This document shows positions 1-13,501 of a stretch of DNA of 64,000 nucleotides, piece after piece. A program made the translations under genes and the position numbers. Source of the stretch: Octopus bimaculoides (Eukaryota). Numbering within the stretch: the stretch's first letter is position 1; every line of letters starts with the position of its first letter. The notes under the pieces are model-generated. The model was given only the letters and a program-made list of their open reading frames with translations. It ran no database searches and was not told the DNA's origin. The stretch spans positions 19,525,347 through 19,589,346 of the forward strand of contig NC_068995.1 in assembly GCF_001194135.2 (NCBI RefSeq), given 5' to 3'.

Positions 1-81
<81 letters not shown>

Positions 82-177
82 TTGCCGCTGCTGCTACTAC
101 TACTGCTACTACTACTACTACTACAGCCGCTGCTTCTTCTACTACTACTACTACTACTACTACTGCAACCGCTGCTT

Positions 178-232
<55 letters not shown>

Positions 233-324
233 AGCCGCTGCTGCTACTACTTCTACACTGCTGCTGCTACTACCACTGCTGCTGTTGCTGCTGCTGCCAC
301 TACAGCAACAAAAGCAACAACTGA
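1..324. repeat. Compound (CTA)n/(CTG)n trinucleotide microsatellite
   Basis: Directly visible; explains the poly-Leu ORF 82..324. Confidence 0.97.
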
Positions 325-609
325 CTCACTTCACTTTCGCACAAACAATGGTTATTTCTTGCACGTGTCGAAACGTTTTAAACCAACCTGAGCGGCGGTA
401 AGGTTATGAGAGACTCCTGCTTTTCGACTGCACTTATTTACGTTGACTCTAGATGAACATTGACCCGAACGTGTTAAATCTGAACTCACAATGTTAAAGA
501 GGGTAACATAAAATACAACACTAGCTGATATTAGTGCTCTTTGAGGCGGCCACTGGCAAAATCGTTAGTACGCGGAGGAAAATACTCAGTAGCATTTCGT
601 CTGTCTGCA

Positions 610-660
610 TGCTCTGAGTTCAAATTCCGCCGAGGTCAACTCTGCCTTACAATTTTTCGT
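610..660 (+). mobile_element. SINE family B fragment
   Basis: gctctgagttcaaattccgccgaggtcaac matches the B-box region of the full copy at 42776-43004. Confidence 0.6.
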
Positions 661-924
661 GCTCGGTATAATATGTACCAGTTAAGCACCTCTCCTCCCA
701 AACTTGTTGGCCTTGCGCCAAGATTGGAAATTGGTAATCGTGCTTGTCTCGTGGTAGTACAGTTTCCTAAAAATGGTAGCCAAATCTGACTCCAATGACA
801 TTCAAATATCTTAGGACATAGCAAAAATACACAAGATATATATGATACTGTCTAAAAGCTAGGATGCAGACTATTGAAAAGCCTTTAATCCTAAGCCTAT
901 TCTATCAGGGTTAATAAACTTACC

Positions 925-1006
925 AGTTGCTTTTGTTGTTGTCGTTGTCGTTTTCGTAGTAGTAGTAGTAGCAGTAGTAGTAGTAGCAGCAGCAGCAGCG
1001 GCGGTG

Positions 1007-1067
<61 letters not shown>

Positions 1068-1118
1068 CAGTAGCAGCAGCGGCGGCGGCAGCAGCAGCAG
1101 TAGCAGCAGTAGTAGTAT

Positions 1119-1151
<33 letters not shown>

Positions 1152-1195
1152 AGGTGGTGGTGGTGGTGGCGGTGGTAGTATTAGTAGTAGTAGTT
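925..1195. repeat. Compound (TAG)n/(CAG)n/(GTG)n microsatellite
   Basis: Directly visible; explains the poly-Val/Ala/Thr ORFs. Confidence 0.97.
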
Positions 1196-1239
1196 AAATC
1201 CCAAATGTACCACAGTATCAAAAGCAAGTAGGCCGAAAC

Positions 1240-1900
1240 TTTGAAGTCACTGACAGCACTATTCTTGCAAAAGAATCGCCGTTGGCTCGTCCCTTGGCTA
1301 ATCCTCCTGGACCATGAATAACGGGTCTTCTTTCAGCGTTAGTTACTCACCACTTCTCCTCTCCTCTTCAACATGCATAATCATTTCATTTGTTCAGAGT
1401 CATGTATAGCAAATAAGCATTTCACTCTGCAGCATTAGTTTGATGCCTCTTTGTGTTTTAGTGCCCTCAACTGCACACTGCTGTAGCTTCATTAGGACTT
1501 GCTATTCCAAAATACCTTCAGATCACATATCTCCACCTCCTTGACATAATTTTGGTAACCGATTGTCCATGCCGTAATACAAAGCTAATGGCCAGCATAT
1601 GAATATCTTGTCCAAAGGACCTGATGATCAAATTTGTGTTATGTCCGAGTTATGGAAAAATATTTCAGCCTTCTTTTGCTTAACCGAAGCTGCTGTTGCA
1701 AAAGAGACTGCTATCACTTTTCTCTTTTTTTAATGAAATCTCGATGTAGTTTTTCTGGGATCTTTGTCGAATTCAAAATCTCCCTCACTAAAGCGACAGC
1801 GTTCAACTCTTTCGATACAGAAGCAACAACACGTATCTTTCAAGATTATCATATTTGTCTGGGTGCTAGTTTTGTTGCAATTGATTTTACTGTTATAGTT
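1240..1900 (-). mobile_element. Highly decayed non-LTR retrotransposon fragment, possibly R4/Dong-like post-RT region
   Basis: Frameshifted minus-strand pieces (REILNSTK, KVIAVSFATAAS, GYQNYV, RRPVIHG) loosely follow the order of post-RT motifs ending in KPLHG. Weak manual match. Confidence 0.3.
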
Positions 1901-2273
1901 CATAATATTTAAGACATTCGAGAAAACTTCTATTTCTTTTAAATGTTTATTTTGTTGTTGTTATTGTTGTTTTATTTGTGAGTATTTATTCTGTCATGCA
2001 ATTCGTTTTTGTTATGTTTTCTTTACAATGTGCATTGTTGATAGGTTATGTCTTTCTTTTCCTTTGATTGGTAGATGTTTTGACGTAGAAATTTGTCAAA
2101 ATGTGAAAGCAAATAAAATCTAAAATCTGTAAAGACAAACATCTTTTAGTTTCTCAGGGACAGACATTTACTGACAACTAAACTTCTCAATGGTATATAA
2201 TCCAAAGAAAACTTCGTTTGATAATATTTCAAAGTGGAAAACAGAGCCAGCGATTTCGCTTGGTACATCAGAA

Positions 2274-2274
<1 letters not shown>

Positions 2275-2351
<77 letters not shown>

Positions 2352-2388
2352 CAGCAGCAGCAGCAGCGGCGCCGGTGGTGGTGGTGGG
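2275..2388. repeat. (TAG)n/(CAG)n/(GGT)n microsatellite
   Basis: Directly visible. Confidence 0.97.
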
Positions 2389-4249
2389 GGTCTTAAATTT
2401 TGCAGGAAATGAGACGCAAGTATAAGTTAACACTTGAGTGAAAGCATTTTAAAATAATAGGTAACTGTAAATACGATTATGTTTGTGTATGAATATAGAG
2501 AAATGAAATAAAATTAAATGTAGAAAAATAAGGGCAAATTAGCTACAAGCAGGCGATGAGTCGCTCCCCACGATAAAGACTACCTTCCATATCCGTGTAG
2601 CCTACACGCAGGTACTGGAAAGAGGCTGTCATAAAAATCTCGTAACTCGTATGCCAGAGTAGCTCAGAAAAAGTACGGTGAATATTCTGCAATGTGGTTT
2701 TCACTATCCTGTTATGTAGTTTTCTATAACAATCTCTTGCATATTTCACATAAATAGAGTCCATCTCCTCCCAAATGTACACGATGAATTATAAATCTTG
2801 CTAGTTGTTTCAGTTGTATGTTTATGTATTGTACATTCCTGCTAGAAGGGCTATGAATTCTACGCATTTGTAGATGGGCTCTTCATTTGTCTCACACACC
2901 TACTCTTGGTCTACACTTTATTTTGCGGAGGATGGCGAGGCGCTATATCCGTTTTTTATCTTACTCTCTCAGTTACTCTTTACTACATACTGCACATTGT
3001 CAATGTCCTCACCATCTCAAGACAAAGTAAGGTGCTGGTGATACTGCTTACCGTACTGAGACGAATAATCGTTTTTGGTACTCACAACGGTGTTTTATAA
3101 ACATTAGCTCCTATAACCAGTGGTTTTTGTCTTGTTAGTCTTGTTGATTCCATCATATCTACGTCTGAAGTCGTTCCGAGGAGAGTGTCACCATATCTGC
3201 ATTGTTTACACGCGTAGCATGTAGACATTCAGCCCTGCACTAGAATGTTTTTTTTATTTTTTTTTTTTTATGAGTACTATACCAACACGCGATCTCAGTT
3301 CCAGAAAAGCTTTGCGTTCTTCGGATGTTATTTGGACTTCCATATCTTTTACAGCAGGAAAGCAACATATCTTATCTACTTACTTTGATTACATCGATTG
3401 CTCGGAATTTACTACAAAAGTGAAAAGAAACAAAAAAGCCAATGTCAAGACAAGCGACATTCATTTTATCGTTCAAGCATGATTCTTCAACTCCACCTGT
3501 TTTGAACACTCTGCAACAAACTTTGGACTATGGCTTTACACTAAAGCTTGGACTACCTTCAACTGTTCCTTTGATGGCTTAAAGAAATTCTACTTTTGGG
3601 TTATACAGAGATACGTCACCTTCGTTTTTGATTGGTTTCGAATGAAATTTCAGACAAGCAGCTGTGTTTTTCTATATATCACTGTCACATGGATCTTTTT
3701 ATGGTAAGTATATTCATGATCAGCGCATGACTTTTAATAGCAATAATAGGGAAATAAATGGTGACATTCCAGTATGTATTACAAAAAGCATCGTTTTTAG
3801 CAAATTTAATGGACATCATTTCTTCGTTTGGCATAAGTGCAAGAGTTGTTGCTGTTGTTAACTGCATTATTTAGATTGATGTTTGTTATTGCTGCAAAAA
3901 ACCATGACTTGCGTTTTTTTTTAGTGTGTGTGTGCGCGCGAGTGCGTGTGTGGGGGGAGGAGTAACAAAAAATTCTGTGAATTAACTTCATTCGTGTTAT
4001 GGGGTTTGTTTTTATCTGCTTGATATGTTGATGTTCGCATTCAAGTTTTCCTGTTTTTCACGGAAGCCATTTTGAAGTGAAATGGAAAGAGTTATTAAAT
4101 CAAATCCCTAATATAATCAAAACTATTATATCATAATGCGTAAATCGCCAAATCATGCTAGAAAGCTTCTGTTTGTAAACATATCGGAAAAGGAATATAC
4201 TTCTTTATTTGGAACTTAGGGATCCAGAACACTTGATGGGAGCTGAATA

Positions 4250-5268
4250 CAAGGTGGTATCAAATAGGTTTCCTGACTAGTTCTGTAGCACGCCAACAGA
4301 TGGCAGCACAAGGTTACGTGCGCAGAGAGAGCTAGCAGTGACCTTCATGAGGCAGTGTACCGAGTGACAACGCTGTGTATATTTCGCAAGTTCTGATTAT
4401 TTTTTTTTTTAGAGATCACCTGTATGCTGTTCACATGAAGAATTTAGAACAAAGAGCCACCGTGAGGTTTTGGTTAAACTTCTGAAGTCTGCTACAGAGA
4501 CATAGAGCATGCTTCGGTAAGCGACGAGGCATTAGGTCGCATGCAATGTTTCGAGTGGCATGGGCGCTTCAAAGGTGGAAGAACGTCCCTGGAAGATGAT
4601 GAGCGATCTGGAAGATCTGCCACGAGTGTCATCCCAGGATATGTGGAGAAAAATGCACCAGCTTGCACATGAAGATCGCCGGAGTACAATCGACGACATT
4701 ACAGTCGCATCTCAATCAAGAGCATGCTCTTCTGTTTTTTTTTTGTTTTTCGATATCCGCAGTATTGTGCATCGACAATTCGTCTTCCAGGGTCGGATCG
4801 TCAATCAAGAATTCTACTGCGACGTTTTGAAGCGTTTCAGGGAGGAAATTCAGTGAAAGTTACCGCATCTGTGGGGCGCGAAAAGTTGGATTTTTTACGG
4901 CAACAATGATTTCTGTCACCGAGCTCTCCTCACTTGTGATTTTCTTGCCAAGAACAATATGGTGTCGAGTCCGCACCCACCCTATTCACCAGATTTAGTA
5001 CCCGCGGACTTCCATCTCTTAACCAAAATGAAAAGGCAGCTCAAAGGTCACAGTTTTAACACCGTTGTTGAAATCCAGGGCGAATCACAGAAGGTCCTCG
5101 ACTCGCTTTCGGAAAACGTCTTCCAAGTTGGATTACAAAAGTGGCAGAAACGCTGGGACATTTTTATTGCTGGGTAAGGAAACTATTTCGAAGATGATGT
5201 TAAAACATTAACAAATAAGTTATTTTTTATTAAACATAATTAGTCCGGGAACATTTTGTTACCACCAC

Positions 5269-5269
<1 letters not shown>
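4250..5269 (+). mobile_element. Mariner (Tc1/mariner) element, internally deleted pseudo-transposase
   Basis: Imperfect TIRs (caaggtggtatcaaataggtttcctgactagtt vs reverse complement of aattagtccgggaacattttgttaccaccacg), TA at 4248-4249. Translation MKNLEQRATVRF...CFEWHGRFKGGRTSLEDDERSGRS, FDIRSIVH...VNQEFYCDVLKR, HPPYSPDLVPADF. The WVP and DETW blocks are lost at a deletion near 4703. Confidence 0.93.

Positions 5270-5270
<1 letters not shown>

Positions 5271-5345
<75 letters not shown>
5271..5345. repeat. (AAT)n microsatellite
   Basis: Directly visible between the mariner and the RLE LINE. Confidence 0.97.
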
Positions 5346-5351
<6 letters not shown>

Positions 5352-6644
5352 GAAAATTTAATAATTTAACTTTACTTAAAAAGAAAAAAAATTCAAACAG
5401 TGCACCGAATCGCTTGTCCAATGGTTATTGTGGAAGCGCGCCTATCAGGAAGCCTATCAGGAAGCCTGACGGCGAAAAATCTTTAAATGGCAGAATATCT
5501 TCCCCGAAAACGAACCTGGAAGGTCATTTAAACGGGATTTGTCCCGAATTAAGCCCCTAAAGTTCACCACCACAAGGACCAAAAATTCAAAAATGCAAAC
5601 GAACTAAATGAAACCGGGAAGAATATAAAGAAGTAATGTACGCTTATTACTTTGCATTAAGTAGGCCAACACAAGAGAAATACACTGCAAACTCCTACAG
5701 AATTTGGAGGAGCTGGAATCCAGCTAGCAGACCAGACCTGGATGAAAACAGATAAGCAAATTTTAGAAGAGATATCTTCAGAAATACCAGACTCACAGAT
5801 GCAGAATTAACCTCTTTTTTAAAAAAAGTGGTAGATAATGATCTAAATATAAGTCAGGAAAGAAATAACGAAGCAGAGGAGAGGAATGTTGGACCACAAG
5901 CATTGACTGAAAGGCGACCATCTGCCGAAACCACTCAAGAGCCTAAAGAAAAAGGAAAATATAATGACCCTAGAAAAAGCAGCCAGGAAAATGATGCCAA
6001 AACAGAATTTGAAAACCACATATTTGTTGAACAACACAGAAAATCTATCATTGAAATGAAGCAGGAAGTTCTGAATGAGCTTGCAGTTGTAGGGCATACA
6101 AATATGAATGATAGGGAAACATTCCATAAACTCTCAAATGCACACCAACATAAAAGAAATAAAAATTGGCAACTGCATTACACATGAAACCATACAACAA
6201 CTAAAACCCGATCTTAATAAGTTAAATGAAATTATTTACTCTGTTGCTAAGGTAATCGAAAGACGCTGTTTAACACTCAAAAAGCCAACTATACCAAATT
6301 CGAAAAGAAAATCAAACTGGAGGAGTAGAATTGAAACAGATTGAATCATTGCGAAGGGGGTATCAATATTAACTGAGCTAATCTCTGGAAATGGTGAAAG
6401 ATCGACATATGGCTGGAAGATTGTGAGAAAATATGGACTCTCGACAAGAGAAGAGCTAATGTCAGCGAAAGAAACACTTAAACAAAAAGTTGAAGCAAAA
6501 GCTCGGATAATACGCAGATTTGAGAAAAGAATCAGATTCTAGAAGCAAAATAAGTTGTTCAAATCCAATGCCAAATTATTTTACAGGGAAATAGGGAAAG
6601 AAAAAATGACCATTGAAAATCCGCCCCTAATGGAAGAAGTTGAA

Positions 6645-6718
<74 letters not shown>

Positions 6719-7512
6719 ATAAAATTAATTGCAAAGACAAAAGCACATGAAAAATTAGCTAGCAGATGGGAACAGAAACCTCTTCATGGCAAGTATGTGG
6801 CTCGTAGCAAACTAGCTGATGTCAACCAGAAACACACGCATCAATAGTTACGAAGCTCAGGGCTAAAAGCAAAGAATGAAGGTTTCATATTAGCTGCTCA
6901 AGACCAAAGCTTATTAACTCGTAACTACCAAGCCAATGTGATAAAAATGGAGCTGACCCAAAATGCCAATTCTGTAAAGATGCGATTGAAACGTTAGACC
7001 ACGTAATCTCAGGGTGTAGAATCAAGCAGACATAATTATTAAAGACAAGGAAGAAAACACTTATAGACTAACAGATGTAAGTGTTCCTACTGATAAAAAA
7101 AATATATCTGTAAAGCAATTTCACGAATTAAGTCAATATAAAGACCTAGAAATTGAAATACATTTGATGTGACATTTTAAAGCAAGAACTGCTCTTTTTA
7201 TTTTAGGTATCCTGGGTATGATAAAAACGTGATATCAAAAACATTTATATAACGTCCCAGGAGATCCATGTCTCAGAGAAATCCAAAAGATTGTACTGAC
7301 AAGTACAGTCCACATCTTTAGAAAGTCCCTATCCATTTAAATATGTGGTATTATATGGAGATATTTCGCTACTGCTTCTGCCACTCCCCTCTCCAAGCTT
7401 TCAGACATACTGTAACATCTCTTATCCTTCACTTGCTCTAGGGCGCTGGGTGTGTCTCAGCAAGTGATTGCAGCAAGCATGCAGATTGAAACTAAACAAC
7501 AATAATAATAAA
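5346..7512 (+). mobile_element. R4/Dong-clade (RLE) non-LTR retrotransposon, decayed, RT domain missing
   Basis: N-terminal KRTK*NREEYKEVMYAYY...YRIWRSW; RRFEKRIRF*KQNKLFKSNAKLFYRE; after the (AAT)n: RWEQKPLHGKY, AAQDQSLLTRNY, zinc knuckle CQFCKDAIETLDHVISGC, RLE region ADIIIKDK...TDVSVP...YKDLEIEI, ending VHIFRKSLSI* at 7340; short AAT tail near 7500. Confidence 0.9.
6646..6716. repeat. (AAT)n microsatellite at the RT-deletion junction of the RLE LINE
   Basis: Directly visible. Confidence 0.95.
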
Positions 7513-8489
7513 ACATGATAATTGCGAAGCCAAAGATGTAGGAAGTGAACGCAGATGAAATACTGAAATATTACAACAAAGTGGTTTTTATTTAAATCAG
7601 AAGGACGAAAGATAAAACCGACCGAACATGGTGGGAATATAAATGGACGTAATTAAATATTTCATGCTATTTTGTCCGACGCTTTGCTGCTTCTTCCAAC
7701 TCAGTGCTATTTATATTAATTGTTATTGCATCAATCATTTCTAACAAAGTCAAAGTTCACTCAATTTTTCGAGGGAAATATGGAGCAGAGACAGTCAATT
7801 AAATGGTCCTCGGTTTTTGATTGTTACTATCTTGTCTACGCTGGAACGGCACAAAATAAAGCTCAATACTACGATTGAAAGCAAGATATAAAGAAAACTA
7901 TCGGATAAAGCATTTTTTCGGTGTTGTACCAGTTCTGAAAATCCAAGTAATCAAGAACAATAATAGCAACAACAACAACAGTAGTAACAGCATCACCAAT
8001 CGTCGTTATAAGCATACTTTTGTGCACATATTTTTCAAAAAGAAATCCAGATGATTTATGATGAGATCAAAAATATATCAGACATAATCGCTAACATGCA
8101 CACACAGTCATGCATTAATATACGTTCATGTCACACACACAACACCCACAGGCACACACAAACTCATACGCGTACATGTACACAAAAAAGAATTATACAT
8201 ATTCAGATTGCATTAAGAACAAACAAGTAATAATTCGTTTAAAAATAAAGATTCAAAGATCAAACCAGAACTGAAATTACAAAAATATGGTCGCCAGAAA
8301 ACAATAACTTATCCGTTCGAGATTTATGTTGGTGAAGGGTAAGCTTGACATTATCACAAAATTTAAGTAACAATCAGTGAAACACTTCAGATATGCAATC
8401 ACACAAAGCCATATTAATCCTTTGTTTTCCTCAGTTTCATTTTATTTTTGCTATTCCATTTGATATATTCATGCATATGCATACGTATG

Positions 8490-8542
8490 CTATGTGCATA
8501 TGCGTGTGTGTGTGCGTGTGTGTGTATGTGTGTGTGTGTGTG

Positions 8543-8597
<55 letters not shown>

Positions 8598-8660
8598 GAC
8601 ACTCAGATATATAAATGTACATACGTTTACAGATGTATACACACATACACACGCAAATAT
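8490..8660. repeat. (GT)n/(TA)n compound dinucleotide microsatellite
   Basis: Directly visible. Similar arrays occur at about 10360-10545, 11310-11410, 19790-20075, 25098-25350, 27698-27790, 33490-33560, 40100-40690, 44228-44550, 49520-49590, 51880-51980, 53095-53520, 54130-54290, 56350-56590 and 62530-62680. Confidence 0.95.
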
Positions 8661-10169
8661 GTACGTGTTGTGTGCGTGTTGGTGTACATTTTCTTTTTTC
8701 TTTTCTTTTTTTTTTGTTTCATTTCCAACGTTACATTGATACATTTTATTTTGCTGCAGCCTCTACCACTCTCCTCTTGTATATTCCATTCTTTGAATAG
8801 ATTTTTCCTTTCTCCTTTTAATTTTTTTTTTCTCTATTTCTCCTCCTCCTTCGTTATGTTATTTTCAATGACGGCAACTAAAAACTACAATTCAATTGCT
8901 TAATAGGCCATTCCAAGCGGCTAATCAAGGAATGTTGTCCCGTGTTCAGCTTTAAGATATCGCTCTGCAATTTTTGTGGCTTTATCAATAAACCTGTCCT
9001 TTGAAGAATTTTTTATCGTCATTTTGCTGATGATTTCTTTTGTTATTATTTTTTTTTGTTATCTGTTCGTTAATATTATTTTTAATATAAATTTTCTGTT
9101 TCTTCTTTTTCTCTCTTTACAATTTATTTTAATATTTTTCTTTCTTTTTTAATAAATCGTATTAGTCGTATAATTTACAACAATTCGATCGTGTCGAGTG
9201 TCCTTGTTAAAAAACAATCCCCTACCTTCAAAAAGAAAAGGAAAATTGTTATTGGAAATATTAAAATTCTACCACGTACGCATGCTTATAAAAGGAAAAT
9301 ATACAAATATTAAAATACAACTGTACGCACGCTCTCTCACACAGACACACGCGCGTACACACTCTCGCACAGTCTTTGAGAATACCTAGGTATACAATTT
9401 TTTTTTATTTTCAAATGTTCCAATATTTATCAGCTGAAATGTTGCTTAGATATGGATTCTTGTGCGGAGTGAGGGGGAGACATTGCAACAAAAGCCTTGC
9501 ATATATCAATTTTCCATTATAAATAACAGCATTTAATACTTTCGCAGCCATTTTATTTTTTTTACCTATAGATTTCGCCTCGATTTTTCTGCTAAATATT
9601 GCTTTCTGTTCCACACCATAAAACTCTTAAGATTAAGTTATCATTTCAGCAAAGAAAGAAATGCTATTTTTGTCTCTTTTTTATGCAGTTATATCTTATA
9701 ATTAAACAATGGATTTCACTTTTTCTCTATGTACACGCTCACTCGCGCACACGTGTGCACGCAATATCTTTCTTTCTCCCTCACTTTCGCTCTTTGTTTT
9801 GTGTTGTTATATTTTCTACGCCCATATGTGTTATTATTATTTATAGCAACGTGGGAATTGCTTCACTTCACTTATTTTGCTTATTTGAGAAAGATATGTA
9901 CATCACAAGTTTTACAGTTTCCCAACAAATATAGCAATTTCTGACCTTTGGCTCTTCGCGAGACATAATTATAATTCCCATTGTAACAGAACACCGTATT
10001 GTAACTAGAGGTTATGACTCAGTCAGCCGTGTCTGTTCAACACAGTTTCAATACCTCTCCCGCCACACTACCGTCACCACCACTTATCTATCACCACCCA
10101 CACAAATCCCGAATCACTGTTGAAGCTCTATCCCCGTTGTACTAAACACAATTTCAACAAAAACTTTGC

Positions 10170-10350
10170 ATTTTATTGCAGCAGTCATGCTGGAGCACCG
10201 CCGTCAAGGGTTTTAGTCAAGGAAATTGACACCAGGACTTATTTTTTAAAGCCTAGCACTTACTCGCTCGGCTTCTTATTGCCGAACCCCGAAGTAACCG
10301 GGATGTAAACACACCAACACTGGTTATCAAGTGGTGATGGGGGACACACG
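10170..10350 (-). mobile_element. SINE family A, 3' part
   Basis: cagtcatgctggagcaccgcc...aggacttatt...aagcctagcactta...gtaaacacaccaacactgg matches 15905-16090. Confidence 0.85.
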
Positions 10351-10381
10351 TACATACACACACTCACATGCACATATATGC

Positions 10382-10414
<33 letters not shown>

Positions 10415-10446
10415 AGTGTGTGTGTGTGTGTGTGTACGTATATACG

Positions 10447-10481
<35 letters not shown>

Positions 10482-10496
10482 ATACACACCCATACA

Positions 10497-10546
<50 letters not shown>

Positions 10547-11331
10547 AATAGTATACAATATGGATTCAGAGAATAATGTAGTCTTCTCAGCAAGCTCTTC
10601 ACATTGAGTCGGCTATCAGTCCACTTAACACTCAATTACTAAGCAGTGCAATCTGAATTATCCATATCGCTATAAATCCAGAAATTCCGAACGATAGAAT
10701 TATTCTGTGACAAGTATATAAAGGTATAAAGTTACGAGTTATATGAGGTAAATATAGGTTTTTTAAACCAAGTGACTTCCCTAAGATTACGCCTATTTTA
10801 TAATATTTTCATCAAGTAATTAATATTTGTGCACAACATTATATAATAGAAATTAAGGCAAATAAACAACGCTAGCTCATCAAATCACAAGAAGCACATT
10901 GTGACATCAACAGTAACATTAGTAAATAAATGTTTGCTTATATACAGTGAAATGACTATTGCCAAGTGGGTATTCAACTAAAACTATTTCAAACATTTAT
11001 TATACACACAGAAATTTTATTGTTATGATTTCAAATATACCCGGGGAAACATTGTTATTTTGCTGTTAAGTCAAGGAAGGAAGGGCATCGCCTTTGCCAT
11101 GTGCAAGTCTGCCCTTGAAAGCAGGTAGGATGGTAGTATTGAAAACAACAGAGCAAGCCCTTATCAGCACAGAACACGTGGGCTGCATAGAAACATTATT
11201 AGACTTTTGCACCGACTGCTTGCATTGGTATACTATCACGTATTTATATTTATGTATATATAGGCATGTGTGTGTGTCTGTATGTGCGTATATTTAAAAA
11301 TCAACCAATCTACCTAGCTATGTGTGTGCGT

Positions 11332-11363
<32 letters not shown>

Positions 11364-11410
11364 ATACATATATACATATATATATATGCATATATGTATA
11401 TATATATATA

Positions 11411-12179
11411 NNNNNNNNNNNNNNNNNNNNNNNNNNNNNNNNNNNNNNNNNNNNNNNNNNNNNNNNNNNNNNNNNNNNNNNNNNNNNNNNNNNNNNNNNN
11501 NNNNNNNNNNNNNNNNNNNNNNNNNNNNNNNNNNNNNNNNNNNNNNNNNNNNNNNNNNNNNNNNNNNNNNNNNNNNNNNNNNNNNNNNNNNNNNNNNNNN
11601 NNNNNNNNNNNNNNNNNNNNNNNNNNNNNNNNNNNNNNNNNNNNNNNNNNNNNNNNNNNNNNNNNNNNNNNNNNNNNNNNNNNNNNNNNNNNNNNNNNNN
11701 NNNNNNNNNNNNNNNNNNNNNNNNNNNNNNNNNNNNNNNNNNNNNNNNNNNNNNNNNNNNNNNNNNNNNNNNNNNNNNNNNNNNNNNNNNNNNNNNNNNN
11801 NNNNNNNNNNNNNNNNNNNNNNNNNNNNNNNNNNNNNNNNNNNNNNNNNNNNNNNNNNNNNNNNNNNNNNNNNNNNNNNNNNNNNNNNNNNNNNNNNNNN
11901 NNNNNNNNNNNNNNNNNNNNNNNNNNNNNNNNNNNNNNNNNNNNNNNNNNNNNNNNNNNNNNNNNNNNNNNNNNNNNNNNNNNNNNNNNNNNNNNNNNNN
12001 NNNNNNNNNNNNNNNNNNNNNNNNNNNNNNNNNNNNNNNNNNNNNNNNNNNNNNNNNNNNNNNNNNNNNNNNNNNNNNNNNNNNNNNNNNNNNNNNNNNN
12101 NNNNNNNNNNNNNNNNNNNNNNNNNNNNNNNNNNNNNNNNNNNNNNNNNNNNNNNNNNNNNNNNNNNNNNNNNNNNNNN
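11411..12179. other. Assembly gap (N). Others: 12921-12930, 13248-13385, 25034-25097, 34243-34252, 38449-38796, 40214-40617, 44297-44506, 52025-52276, 54290-55249, 62989-63260
   Basis: Directly visible; most abut microsatellites. Confidence 0.99.
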
Positions 12180-12232
<53 letters not shown>

Positions 12233-12876
12233 GCATGGGGTGGTGGGTGTGTACATTAACTAATTGTTTTCTATATAGCCGACGTTATGGTAATTTTAAA
12301 TGTAAACGAATCCATTATCGTGTTACTTTTAATAAATTAAGAATTTTAACCTTGTTAAAAGTAAAACTATATACTGACTTAACTACTTTCTTCCTCGAGT
12401 GTTTATACTGTATGAATAGATATCTGACGCTTTCCTCTCTGCTGTCAATGTTTAGCAAAATTATAAACTAGGCAAATTTAGACGAAGCTCTTGTCTACAT
12501 TAGTTGGTTTAATTCTTAACAAAGCTAAAAATGGGCATGTAAATTTTGCCTTATATTTCGTACTGTACTAACAGAAAACAGTTCCTTCTTTTACACAGGT
12601 AACTAAATCATCGGTTTTTCATACACAGTTAGTGCTAAGTAGAATAAAATTAACTATCAGTAACAATATTGTTTCATTCTAGGAACAGAAGGTGTGAAGC
12701 GATCTCTCACGCGACTCTAAAGAAACTTCAAACCAGTCCTGGCGGCCTTGTTTTTTGCACAGAGACGAAACAGTATGTAACAATATTATCACAACGAAAT
12801 TAAATAGCAAGATCACTAAAATACATATTATATCACGAAGGTTAGCACATACACACACACACATTACCTAACACGA

Positions 12877-12920
<44 letters not shown>

Positions 12921-13466
12921 NNNNNNNNNNACACACACACACACACACACAAACACACACATACACACACATATATATATCCAATATGCAAGTGAATAGA
13001 AGAATGAAATGGGTAAATTTGGACAATGTTCTATAAATGAACCTGTGCAGGTATGCAATAAAACGCCTATTGTTAATTCGAGTCAAAGTAGCGTTATTCC
13101 ATACTCCAATGGCAAATACAGTCTATAATTTCACTGTCTCCCTACTCTCTTTTTTCTTCCTATTTATCTGTGTGTGCTTGTATGTATGTATGTAATTCTG
13201 TATGCATCCAACTCTGCATGTGCACGCGTATATATATATATATATATNNNNNNNNNNNNNNNNNNNNNNNNNNNNNNNNNNNNNNNNNNNNNNNNNNNNN
13301 NNNNNNNNNNNNNNNNNNNNNNNNNNNNNNNNNNNNNNNNNNNNNNNNNNNNNNNNNNNNNNNNNNNNNNNNNNNNNNNNNNNNNTATTTTATGTATTTA
13401 TTTATATATATATATACACATACACTCTACCATGCATACATATTGTCTTCATTCTAAGCGAGTGAG

Positions 13467-13501
<35 letters not shown>

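Noticed and set aside
82-2433. Homopolymeric ORFs (poly-L, V, T, S, A)
   Set aside because: They are translations of trinucleotide microsatellites.
2520-3900. Coding-looking minus-strand text (CYACKQC, YLCEICKR, ORF 2543..2782)
   Set aside because: No consistent family motif order was found; possibly a decayed TE but unassigned.
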